This document shows positions 6,788 through 16,000 of a DNA stretch of 16,000 nucleotides, in pieces. The notes under the pieces were generated by a model. That model was not told the origin of the DNA, ran no database searches, and saw only the letters and a list, made by a program, of their open reading frames with translations. The position numbers and the translations under genes are program-made. Source of the stretch: Ferrimonas balearica DSM 9799 (GTDB lineage Bacteria; Pseudomonadota; Gammaproteobacteria; Enterobacterales; Shewanellaceae); the NCBI RefSeq assembly GCF_000148645.1, contig NC_014541.1, positions 1,867,139-1,883,138 of the forward strand, given 5' to 3'. Every line of letters begins with the position of its first letter. Position 1 is the first letter of the stretch.

Positions 6788-7300
6788 ATGCGCAATATTT
6801 CTGTTCTTTTTGCCGGCCTGTTGCTGGCAGCCTGTTCCCAACCTCAAGCCCAGGTTCAAAGCCAGATTGAAGCCCACGTCGAGCAGCAGGACCGCTGCCA
6901 TCTGTGTGGCATGGTGCTGGTGCGTTACCCCGGCCCGAAAGGCGTAGCCAGCCTGACCAGCGAACAGCAGCTGAAGTTCTGCTCCACCCGTGACCTGTTC
7001 GAGTTTGTACTGCAGCCGGACAAAGGCCGTCAGGTGGTTCAGGCCCTGGTACACGACATGGGCGGTAATGACTGGCACCACCCGAACGACCAGTTTGTGC
7101 TGGCTCAGGATGCCTGGTTTGTCTACGGCTCTGACCGTCCGGCCGCCATGGGTCCGGCTCTGGCCAGTTTCGCCGACGAGCAGGCCGCACAAGCCTTCGC
7201 TGACGAGTTTGGCGGTCGCCTGTTCCGTTTCGACGAGATCTCGCTGGAGCTGCTCAACGCCCACAAAGGTGGCGAGCACGGTGGCCATAAGGGTCACTGA
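6788..7300 (+). CDS. nosL: NosL-family copper-chaperone lipoprotein, paralogue 2 (His-rich C-terminus)
   Basis: MRNISVLFAGLLLAAC lipobox, the CHLCGM motif and the C-terminal tail HKGGEHGGHKGH. The ATG at 6788 gives a canonical lipoprotein signal. The ORF-track start at 6755 falls inside the upstream hairpin. Confidence 0.85.
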   Translation: MRNISVLFAGLLLAACSQPQAQVQSQIEAHVEQQDRCHLCGMVLVRYPGPKGVASLTSEQQLKFCSTRDLFEFVLQPDKGRQVVQALVHDMGGNDWHHPNDQFVLAQDAWFVYGSDRPAAMGPALASFADEQAAQAFADEFGGRLFRFDEISLELLNAHKGGEHGGHKGH

Positions 7301-8598
7301 TGATGCGTAACCTGGCACTGCGCCTGATGGCCATCGGCCTGTTGGGCGCGTTGTTCCCCGCCCAGGCAAAAGTGGTGACGGTGGCCGACTCGGCCACCTT
7401 GACCGCCGCGCTCGCTTCGGCCGAAGCGGGTGACACCATTGAATTGGCACCGGGCCACTATCCCGGCAAGTTCACCATCAGCACGGCCCTGACACTGGCC
7501 GGCCAGAGCGGCGCCCACCTGGAAGGGCAGGGCAGCTCAGTGCTTATTGTTAATGCCTCCGACGTGACCGTACGCGGCCTCTACATCACTGGCTACGGTC
7601 AGGCGCTGTTTGGTAAAACCGCCGGCATCCAGGTGATGCCCGGGCAGCGCAACCTGGTGATTGAAAACAATCGCCTGTCCGGCCAGGGCTTCGGAGTGCG
7701 GGTCGATAACTCCCGCCATATCACCGTCCGCCATAACCGCATCGAAGGCGACCCCAGTTTATCAATGGTGCTGCGCGGAGACGGCATCCACTTCCACGAG
7801 GTGGAGGAGGGCTCCGTGAACGGCAACCACATCACCGAGGTTCGCGATGGCGTTTACCTCGAGTCCTCAAAATCGATTCGGGTCTGGGACAACATCATGG
7901 GGCTGCAACAGTACCCGTTGCACCTGATGTATTCCGAGCAGATCACCGCCTGGCAGAACGAAGCCAAAACCGTGCTGGGCGGCTGGGCCTTGATGGACTC
8001 CAAGCAGGTTGAACTGCACGACAACTGGGTCGAAGACGCCCGCGAATTTGGCATCCTGCTCAATATGACGTTCGGTGCCCGCATCTGGGGGAACTGGGTT
8101 GCCAATGTGCGCAACCCCGACAGCCAGGACCTGTTTGATGGCGAGGGCAAAGGATTGTTTATCTATGGCGCCGCCGATAATGAGATCTTTCGCAACCATT
8201 TTAAAGACAGCGAAATTGGCATCATGATGGCGCTGGGTGGCGAAGATAACCGACTGTATAGTAACGCCTTTATCAATAACCAGGTGCAGGTTAAGTACGT
8301 CGGCGAAAACACCGTGGCGTGGAACCACTGCGGCATGGGCAACTACTGGAGCGGTTACAACGGCTGGGATCTGGATAACAACGGCATCGGTGACCTGCCG
8401 TTTGTCCCCAACGACGACCTTGACCGCCTGTTCTGGGTTTACCCGGAAGCCCGATTCCTGCTCGACAGCCCGGTCGTGCAGGTGATCCGTTACCTGATCC
8501 GGCAAAGCGGCGACCGCCCCGGTGGGGTGGTGGACCTGCACCCGATGATGACGCCGCCGACCGGCGACCTGATCGAACTTTACGAGAATACGCTATGA
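7300..8598 (+). CDS. nosD: NosD-family periplasmic parallel beta-helix protein
   Basis: Signal peptide ending AQA/KV. Repetitive beta-helix turns are visible (N..I.GN, VR.N.I). The conserved C-terminal block GNYWSGYNGWDLDNNGIGDLPF is typical of NosD. The start overlaps the nosL stop by 1 nt. Confidence 0.9.
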   Translation: MMRNLALRLMAIGLLGALFPAQAKVVTVADSATLTAALASAEAGDTIELAPGHYPGKFTISTALTLAGQSGAHLEGQGSSVLIVNASDVTVRGLYITGYGQALFGKTAGIQVMPGQRNLVIENNRLSGQGFGVRVDNSRHITVRHNRIEGDPSLSMVLRGDGIHFHEVEEGSVNGNHITEVRDGVYLESSKSIRVWDNIMGLQQYPLHLMYSEQITAWQNEAKTVLGGWALMDSKQVELHDNWVEDAREFGILLNMTFGARIWGNWVANVRNPDSQDLFDGEGKGLFIYGAADNEIFRNHFKDSEIGIMMALGGEDNRLYSNAFINNQVQVKYVGENTVAWNHCGMGNYWSGYNGWDLDNNGIGDLPFVPNDDLDRLFWVYPEARFLLDSPVVQVIRYLIRQSGDRPGGVVDLHPMMTPPTGDLIELYENTL

Positions 8599-9497
8599 AC
8601 GACGCCGCGATTCATGCCCGCGATCTGCGCAAATCCTATCGCAGCCACCAGGCGCTGAAAGGCGTCAGTTTCGACCTGGAACCGGGCCAGATGATGGCGC
8701 TGCTGGGACACAACGGGGCGGGTAAGACCACCCTGATGAAACTGATCCTGGGTCTTATCCAGCCGGACACCGGCACCCTGTCGGTGTTGGGGGGTGTGCC
8801 ATCAGACCCGCGCCAGCGCCAACAGTTGGCGATTGGTTACCTGCCGGAGCAGGTAAGCCTCTACCCACAGCTGACCGGCGAGGAGCTGCTCACTTACTTC
8901 GCAGACCTGCGTGGCGTCAGTCGTTCCCGGGTCGGCGAGTTGCTGGCCGAACTGGACCTTGCCCCCTTTGCCTGCCGCCCGGTGGGCCAGTACTCAAAAG
9001 GGATGCGCCAACGTTTGGGCCTGGCCCAGGCGCTGCTGGGTGAGCCGCGCCTGCTGTTGATGGATGAGCCTACGGTGGGTCTTGACCCCAACTCCTCGGC
9101 CTACCTCTACCACTGCCTCAATCAGCAGGTGGCACGGGGTTGCGCCGTGGTGGTGTGTACCCATGAGCTGACCCTGATTGAGCCCCATTTCCACCACGCC
9201 CTGATCATGGCGCAGGGTCAGGTGATGGCTGCCGGTGATTTGGCGACGCTGCGCACCGCCGCGGGTCTGAAAACCCGCATTGCACTGGCAGACCCCAGTG
9301 ACCGCATCAGCCGGGATAACCAGCTGGCGCCGTTGTGGGATGAAGCCAGCCAGAGCCTGTGGGTCAGCCCCGAACACAAAGCGCGCACCATCGCGCGGCT
9401 GACCGGCATCCACGGCTTACTGGATTTTACGGTGACGGCCCCAAGCCTGCCGGACGTCTACCACCACCATCAATCCCGCTTAGGAGCGGCGTTATGA
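8595..9497 (+). CDS. nosF: NosF-like ABC transporter ATPase
   Basis: Walker A GHNGAGKTT, ABC signature YSKGMRQRLGLA, Walker B LLLMDEPTVGLD and H-loop CTHEL. ATGA overlap with nosD. Confidence 0.9.
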   Translation: MNDAAIHARDLRKSYRSHQALKGVSFDLEPGQMMALLGHNGAGKTTLMKLILGLIQPDTGTLSVLGGVPSDPRQRQQLAIGYLPEQVSLYPQLTGEELLTYFADLRGVSRSRVGELLAELDLAPFACRPVGQYSKGMRQRLGLAQALLGEPRLLLMDEPTVGLDPNSSAYLYHCLNQQVARGCAVVVCTHELTLIEPHFHHALIMAQGQVMAAGDLATLRTAAGLKTRIALADPSDRISRDNQLAPLWDEASQSLWVSPEHKARTIARLTGIHGLLDFTVTAPSLPDVYHHHQSRLGAAL

Positions 9498-10306
9498 ACC
9501 CGACTCTGGTGATCGCCCGCAAGGCGTTCCTCGATGGCCTGCGTAACCGTTGGCTGCTGAGCCTGAGCATCAGCTTTTTTGCCCTCTCTCTGGTGCTGGC
9601 GCTGTTTGGCTCCGCCGCCAGTGGCACCCTGACCCTGGGGCGCTGGCAGGACAGCCTGTCCGCCCTGGCCACCCTGGCGGCGGTGTTGATCCCGCTGATC
9701 GCCATCCAGCTCTCCTACGACAGCTTCGTCGGCGAGCGTGAGGATGGCACCCTGCTGCTGATGCTGTCTTACCCGCTGAACCGTCGACAGATCCTGCTGG
9801 GTAAGTTCCTCGGGCAGGGCAGCATTCTGGCGCTGACCGCGCTGATCGGTTTCGGCCTGACCGGTCTTATCGTGTTCGCTTTCTCCGCCGAGCGGGATGG
9901 CCTGCTGCTGGGCTACCTGGGCTTTATCCTGTCTGCCGTGTTGTTGGGCTGGATCTTTATCGCCCTGGGCTACCTGGTGAGCCTGAATGCCCCCAGCAAG
10001 GGCCGAGCGGCAGCCAAACTGTTTGCCCTCTGGTTCTTCTTCGTGCTGCTCTATGATCTGGTGCTGCTGGGTTTGCTGGTGGGCCAATGGGGCGGCGTCT
10101 GGGTGCGGGGCCTGATCCTGTTGAATCCGGTGGACCTGTTCCGGCTGACTAACCTGATTGCGGTGGAGCACGAGTCGGTATCGGGCGTGATGTCGCTGTT
10201 CCGTGATGCGGCTCTGGGACCGGCGGTGATGGTCGGCGCCATGGTGGCGTGGCTGGTGCTGCTTTTGTGGCGTTGCCAGCATCGACTTGCTCGTTTAACG
10301 CTCTAA
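9494..10306 (+). CDS. nosY: NosY-like ABC-2 type permease
   Basis: About 270 aa with about 6 TM helices and an ATGA overlap with nosF. The ORF-track start at 9359 would overlap nosF by 139 nt with an Arg/Pro-rich, non-protein-like N-terminus. Confidence 0.85.
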   Translation: MNPTLVIARKAFLDGLRNRWLLSLSISFFALSLVLALFGSAASGTLTLGRWQDSLSALATLAAVLIPLIAIQLSYDSFVGEREDGTLLLMLSYPLNRRQILLGKFLGQGSILALTALIGFGLTGLIVFAFSAERDGLLLGYLGFILSAVLLGWIFIALGYLVSLNAPSKGRAAAKLFALWFFFVLLYDLVLLGLLVGQWGGVWVRGLILLNPVDLFRLTNLIAVEHESVSGVMSLFRDAALGPAVMVGAMVAWLVLLLWRCQHRLARLTL

Positions 10307-10437
10307 AGTGACGGGGATCCCGAAACAAATCACCACTCGGGACCCCCTCGAACTTTAACAAGGTGAGCTTGGTCATATCCGGTAATAGCGCTCTGCTCTA
10401 AGATAAATACCAATTTGAAATGGAAGCGAGGTGGCCT

Positions 10438-10968
10438 TTGAGCAAAACCCTTCTTATCTACGCCAGCCAGTTTGGCCAAACCCACAAGATCTGCCAGCGC
10501 ATTGCCGAGCACCTGCAAAGCCAGGGAGAGACCGTGGAGATGAAACCCCTGGCCGAGGCGCCTCAATCCCTGGATGGATACGGCAAGGTGTTGCTGGCCT
10601 GCAGCATTTACCACGGTAAGTACCGGCCGGAGTTGTACCAGTACATCACCGATCACCAGGCGGAGCTGGACGCCATCCCCAATGCGTTTTTCTCGGTCAA
10701 TCTGGTGGCTCGCAAACCCCATAAGAACGCCCCGGACACCAATCCTTACGTCAAACAGTTTCTGCAGAAAACCCCTTGGCAGCCCAAGCTGTTGGGCGTT
10801 TTCGGCGGCGTGATCCATTACCAGCGTTACAACTGGTTTGACCGCAACATCATCCGCTTCATCATGTGGCTGACCAAAGGCCCCACCGACCCGAACAGCC
10901 ATATCGAATACACCCAGTGGGAACGGGTTGACCAGTTCGCCACCGAATTCGCCGGATTGCGCCCATGA
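10438..10968 (+). CDS. hemG: Menaquinone-dependent protoporphyrinogen IX oxidase HemG (long-chain flavodoxin-like)
   Basis: Aligns by eye along its length with E. coli HemG, for example AFFSVNLVARKP.K.....TN.Y...FL....W.P and Y.RYNWFDR..I..IM. A TTG start at 10438 has GAGGTG 5 nt upstream and gives MSKTLLIYASQFGQT. The ATG at 10420 has no RBS. Confidence 0.85.
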   Translation: MSKTLLIYASQFGQTHKICQRIAEHLQSQGETVEMKPLAEAPQSLDGYGKVLLACSIYHGKYRPELYQYITDHQAELDAIPNAFFSVNLVARKPHKNAPDTNPYVKQFLQKTPWQPKLLGVFGGVIHYQRYNWFDRNIIRFIMWLTKGPTDPNSHIEYTQWERVDQFATEFAGLRP

Positions 10969-11471
10969 GTAAACTTGAGCCCTGGCTCCATCGCTTTGTC
11001 ATTGTGGGTGTGGTGTGGTTGTTTGCCACCGCCGACTGGGTGCGGATGGCGAATCGCATCCCGCCATCGGCATCGATGTGGGATTGGGCTCATATCGTCG
11101 TGGGGATTCTGACGACGGTACTGGGTGTGTGGTTTCTGCGTCATTGTTGTCGCCATGGTCAATGGCGGCAGTACTTCCCGCTGCTGGTGGGAGACGTAAA
11201 GCCGATATTCGCGGACATCACCGGCTTGTTTAAAGGTCGTCTGCCCCGGGCTGGAGGCAGTGGGTTGTTGGCCTTTATTGAAGGGCTCGGCCTGCTGCTT
11301 TTGGTGGCGGTGGGCATCACCGGCATCGGTTGGTTGTTGACTCAGGGCAGCAGCGACGCCTTCTTCTGGCGCAAGCAGCACCTGTTTGCCGCCAGTGGGT
11401 TGCTGGGCTTTGTGGTGGTGCACGCACTGGCCGGATTGATCTCCGTGGTGGATCTTATCCGCGACGCCTGA
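10965..11471 (+). CDS. Small 4-TM cytochrome b561-like (prokaryotic CybB-type) membrane protein
   Basis: ATGA overlap with hemG. Four hydrophobic helices carry His residues in the CybB-like pattern: H9 in LHRFVIVG, H43 in WAHIVVG, H148 in KQHLF and H163 in VVVHALAG. Confidence 0.65.
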   Translation: MSKLEPWLHRFVIVGVVWLFATADWVRMANRIPPSASMWDWAHIVVGILTTVLGVWFLRHCCRHGQWRQYFPLLVGDVKPIFADITGLFKGRLPRAGGSGLLAFIEGLGLLLLVAVGITGIGWLLTQGSSDAFFWRKQHLFAASGLLGFVVVHALAGLISVVDLIRDA

Positions 11472-11493
11472 CCAACCTTTGCGCTTCCTTGTT

Positions 11494-11525
11494 AACGCCG
11501 GGCTATTGCCCGGCGTTGTTGTTGT
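11494..11525 (+). terminator. Rho-independent terminator after hemG-cyb561
   Basis: 10-bp stem AACGCCGGGC/GCCCGGCGTT with loop TATT, followed by GTTGTTGT. Confidence 0.7.
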
Positions 11526-11616
11526 AAAAACGAAAGAAATTCAATGTCCCGCCATTGCCGCGGCGTCACGTTCCGCTCTAGACTCCCCGTGATCGAAGTC
11601 AAACGAGAAGGACGAT

Positions 11617-12000
11617 ATGCGATTTCAAGCTCTGTTGTTAACTGCCGCCCTCGGATTGGGTGGCTGTTTTGGAGCGCCAGCGCCGCAACCTGAAGGCGTG
11701 GTTGACCTGCAGCAAACCATGAAAGCGATGGGCCGGGAGTGGAAAGCGATCAGCCAGAGCGATGATCCTGCCACCATCGCCAATCACCTGGCTCAAATCC
11801 ATCAGCTTTCCAGCGATGCCAGCCGCGCCATGGTGCGTAAGGGTGAGCAGGCGGACTATGAGGATTCCATGGCCAAATTCCAGGTCGCACTGGAAACCGT
11901 GCAGGGCAGCATTGCCGCCGGTGAGTTCGACGATCTTGAACCGCTACTGGCGGATCTTGATGCGCTGCGCAAGGAGTACCACAAACGCTTTAAGCCCTGA
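11617..12000 (+). CDS. cybC: Cytochrome b562-family four-helix-bundle protein, probable lipoprotein
   Basis: Signal peptide with LGLGGC. The N-terminal DLQQTMKAMGREWKAI matches E. coli b562 LEDNMETLNDNLKVI (Met ligand). The C-terminal LRKEYHKRFKP matches TRNAYHQKYR (His ligand). The size is as expected for this family. Confidence 0.75.
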   Translation: MRFQALLLTAALGLGGCFGAPAPQPEGVVDLQQTMKAMGREWKAISQSDDPATIANHLAQIHQLSSDASRAMVRKGEQADYEDSMAKFQVALETVQGSIAAGEFDDLEPLLADLDALRKEYHKRFKP

Positions 12001-12092
12001 TTTTGTGGGAAACTTCACCTGCCAGTGGCCATCTGGTCACGCCTGGGCAGACAATGTGTTAGAGTCTGGACACTGACCAACAGCGGCCGCCA

Positions 12093-12593
12093 ATGGGCCA
12101 CAAAGGGATAAAGACCGTGTCAAAAATTGTACTGATCGTCATCGTGCTGGCTCTGGTGGGCCTGTTCCTGCAACGCTCCATCGCCAATAAGAAGGTGGCT
12201 TCTGAGAACGTTGGCATCGGTGCCAGTTTCCTGGCCGAAAACGGGGCCAAGGAAGGGGTGGAGACCACCGCCTCCGGCCTGCAATACCAGGTGCTGGAGA
12301 AAGGCGAAGGCAATGTGCATCCGGGGCCGACGGACAAGGTTAAGGTGCATTACCACGGTACCCTGATTGACGGCACCGTATTTGACAGCTCAGTGCAGCG
12401 TGGCGAGCCGATCAGCTTTGGTCTGAACCAGGTGATCAAGGGCTGGACCGAAGGCCTGCAACTGATGGTGGTGGGCGACAAATACCGCCTGTTTATCCCG
12501 GCGGATCTGGCTTACGGCAACCGTGGCGTAGGCAGCATCCCGGCAGGGTCGGTACTGATTTTTGATGTGGAGTTGCTGGGCATTAACCCGTAA
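12093..12593 (+). CDS. Membrane-anchored FKBP-type peptidyl-prolyl cis-trans isomerase
   Basis: An N-terminal TM helix ([15 protein letters not shown]) is followed by a canonical FKBP domain: [43 protein letters not shown]. An alternative in-frame GTG start lies at 12117. Confidence 0.85.
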   Translation: MGHKGIKTVSKIVLIVIVLALVGLFLQRSIANKKVASENVGIGASFLAENGAKEGVETTASGLQYQVLEKGEGNVHPGPTDKVKVHYHGTLIDGTVFDSSVQRGEPISFGLNQVIKGWTEGLQLMVVGDKYRLFIPADLAYGNRGVGSIPAGSVLIFDVELLGINP

Positions 12594-12612
12594 CTCCGGT
12601 GTTATCGAGAGA

Positions 12613-12635
12613 GGGGGGCGTTTGCCCCCCTTTTT
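12613..12635 (+). terminator. Rho-independent terminator after the FKBP gene
   Basis: Stem GGGGGGC/GCCCCCC with loop GTTT, followed by TTTTT. Confidence 0.8.
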
Positions 12636-12943
12636 GATCTGGCCTAAGGCACCGCGAGCGGCCTATGCCTCGTTATGCTCCGGCGGACTGCGACAGCGGA
12701 CATGAATCGGGTTGCCGCTTACGTTCCAGATACGAATTGCCCCTTGGCAAGGGTTGGCGTTTTGCTTCACTGCGTTACTATGAAATTGACCCTGCAACAG
12801 GGTCTCCATAGCAAAGTCGTTAAAGTCAGTCGTACCAAACTGCGTAGCCGTATACAGCAGTAGTTAGGTAGTAACGTTGTGAGGGAGGGTCAGCTGTTCC
12901 CCCCTTCAGTGTTAAACCCCAACCCTCCTAGTCAAAGAGCCAA

Positions 12944-12985
12944 GGGCCACCACATTTGGTGTCCCTTTTTTTTTTGCCTTTTTTT
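12944..12985 (+). terminator. Orphan strong rho-independent terminator with no annotated gene upstream
   Basis: The stem GGGCCACCA/TGGTGTCCC pairs 8 of 9 positions, with loop CATT. It is followed by T10, then GCC, then T7. No convincing CDS ends in front of it. Confidence 0.65.
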
Positions 12986-13125
12986 GACCTTAGCTTCGTC
13001 GGGTCAGGCTCCATTGCTGCGTTATCGGAGGAATGTGGAGTGAAATGTCGAAGGAATAACAGACACGGTGGTCGGGATGCGGGAGCATGGGAGACGAAGC
13101 AGGCATCAACGTAACGGAGTACGTC

Positions 13126-13566
13126 ATGATTCAGGTTACCTATTCTCAGGCCGGGCGACAGCGGCGTAAAACCTATCAAACGGAGCGGGCGGCCAAGCGC
13201 AGTATTCGCCGTTGGCTGGAGCAGGGTGGGGAGGAGGAGGCCCGGCACGCCATTTTGTATGTTGCTGGCAGTGAAACCCGGATGTTTCGGAATGCCGATG
13301 AACTGGAGCCCGCATTGTCGACCTCTCCGGGTGACTTTTACCGGAGTCAGGCTTGGCTGACATTGCGGGCCCAGGCGTTCATCCACTTCGGCAATCACTG
13401 CGCCTGTTGTGGAGCGAAAGCCGGCCCGGATGTGGCACTACAGGTTGATCACATTAAGCCTCGCTCCCTATACCCGGAGTTAGCGCTGGAGCTCGATAAT
13501 CTTCAAATTCTCTGCCGGGATTGCAACCTGGGTAAATCCAATCGATTTACCACTCAGTGGCGCTGA
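13126..13566 (+). CDS. Small stand-alone HNH endonuclease (McrA/phage-like HNH domain)
   Basis: The C-terminal motif is HCACCG....(9)..LQVDHIKPRS......LDNLQILCRDCNLGKS, a CxxC ... DH ... N ... CxxC HNH signature. ACGGAG lies 6 nt upstream of the ATG at 13126; the ORF-track start at 13087 is also possible. The roughly 70-aa N-terminal region has no motif I recognise. Confidence 0.8.
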   Translation: MIQVTYSQAGRQRRKTYQTERAAKRSIRRWLEQGGEEEARHAILYVAGSETRMFRNADELEPALSTSPGDFYRSQAWLTLRAQAFIHFGNHCACCGAKAGPDVALQVDHIKPRSLYPELALELDNLQILCRDCNLGKSNRFTTQWR

Positions 13567-13679
13567 CAGCAGCGAAAAATGCCATTGTCACATGTGGTAA
13601 TTTGCCACAGAACGTTGGCGGGCGGTTGCTGACCGCGTAAGTCCGTCTGCTCCGGGTTAACGGTCCTTGTCAGTGACAG

Positions 13680-13716
13680 AAAAAAAAGCCACCGCAGTTG
13701 CGGTGGCTTTCTTGTT
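13680..13716. terminator. Bidirectional terminator shared by the convergent HNH gene and katG
   Basis: An A8 run, the stem GCCACCGC/GCGGTGGC with loop AGTT, then TTTCTTGTT. Confidence 0.75.
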
Positions 13717-13728
13717 GGAAGAGCGCCG

Positions 13729-15924
<2,196 letters not shown>

Positions 15925-16000
15925 TCAATACCAAAAACGCCGCTCGGCCTGCCAGGTGGATGTGTGGCAACAGTGAGCCAAAACGGCAAATGCCATAGGT

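Larger units (their letters stand above)
6688..7300 (+). repeat. Copy B of the diverged direct repeat (nrfD 3' end + hairpin + nosL)
   Basis: Colinear with 1-613; see copy A. Confidence 0.8.

Noticed and set aside
9359-9493. N-terminal extension of the permease ORF as given in the ORF track, and similar extensions at 3518-3559, 4367-4384, 6755-6787 and 10420-10437
   Set aside because: The extensions overlap upstream genes or hairpins, lack an RBS and encode atypical sequence. The internal starts have Shine-Dalgarno motifs and yield canonical signal peptides or N-termini.
6788-10306. Reading nosL-nosD-nosF-nosY as a nitrous-oxide reductase (denitrification) locus
   Set aside because: No nosZ or nosR is present in the 16 kb. 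The genes are contiguous with, and co-oriented behind, an MccA/SirA-type cytochrome cluster. The context points to maturation of that enzyme instead.
12663-12809. 48-codon minus-strand ORF (METLLQGQFHSNAVKQNANPCQGAIRIWNVSGNPIHVRCRSPPEHNEA), whose frame stays open a further ~20 codons upstream without a start codon
   Set aside because: It looks mildly protein-like and could be the C-terminal relic of a decayed gene. It has no start/RBS support and no recognisable family, and it is too short to call from sequence alone.
12675-12863. 62-aa + strand ORF in the islet
   Set aside because: It is Arg/Thr-rich with no RBS and no recognisable motif, and it sits in a region that reads better as non-coding or decayed sequence.
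12928-13398. 156-aa minus-strand ORF overlapping the HNH gene start and the T-rich terminator
   Set aside because: Its C-terminus is just the translation of the poly-A complement (KKGKKKR). It is antisense to the motif-bearing HNH ORF and has no independent support.

Overview
The window is GC-rich (roughly 55-60% by eye) and looks gammaproteobacterial, possibly Shewanella- or Ferrimonas-like; that placement is inference only. All genes are on the + strand except katG. About 1040-10306 is one ten-gene respiratory cluster. It encodes an octahaem cytochrome c of the MccA/SirA dissimilatory sulfite reductase type (seven CXXCH motifs plus one CX15CH), a periplasmic rhodanese-like protein, an FkpA-like FKBP isomerase and a CcmI/NrfG-like TPR haem-lyase accessory protein. 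These are followed by a Tat-signal NrfC-like 4x[4Fe-4S] protein, an NrfD-like quinol-oxidising membrane subunit, and NosL-NosD-NosF-NosY homologues. No nosZ or nosR is present, so the Nos-like module most plausibly matures the copper site of the sulfite reductase rather than N2O reductase. The gene order matches what I recall for the Shewanella sirABIGCDJKLM cluster, so the core system is a described family, although much of its maturation logic is still unexplained. The first 613 bp hold the 3' end of a second NrfD-like gene and a complete second NosL paralogue. The sirA-to-sirD block is therefore bracketed by diverged direct repeats of an 'nrfD-3'end + nosL' unit. Downstream lie hemG translationally coupled to a 4-TM cytochrome b561-like gene, a cytochrome b562-like lipoprotein, a second membrane-anchored FKBP isomerase, and a ~1.1 kb islet. 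The islet carries an orphan strong terminator (a possible sRNA) and a small stand-alone HNH nuclease. Last is katG on the minus strand. I saw no rRNA, tRNA, CRISPR array, IS element or integrase. All homology calls come from reading motifs by eye, and none is search-verified.
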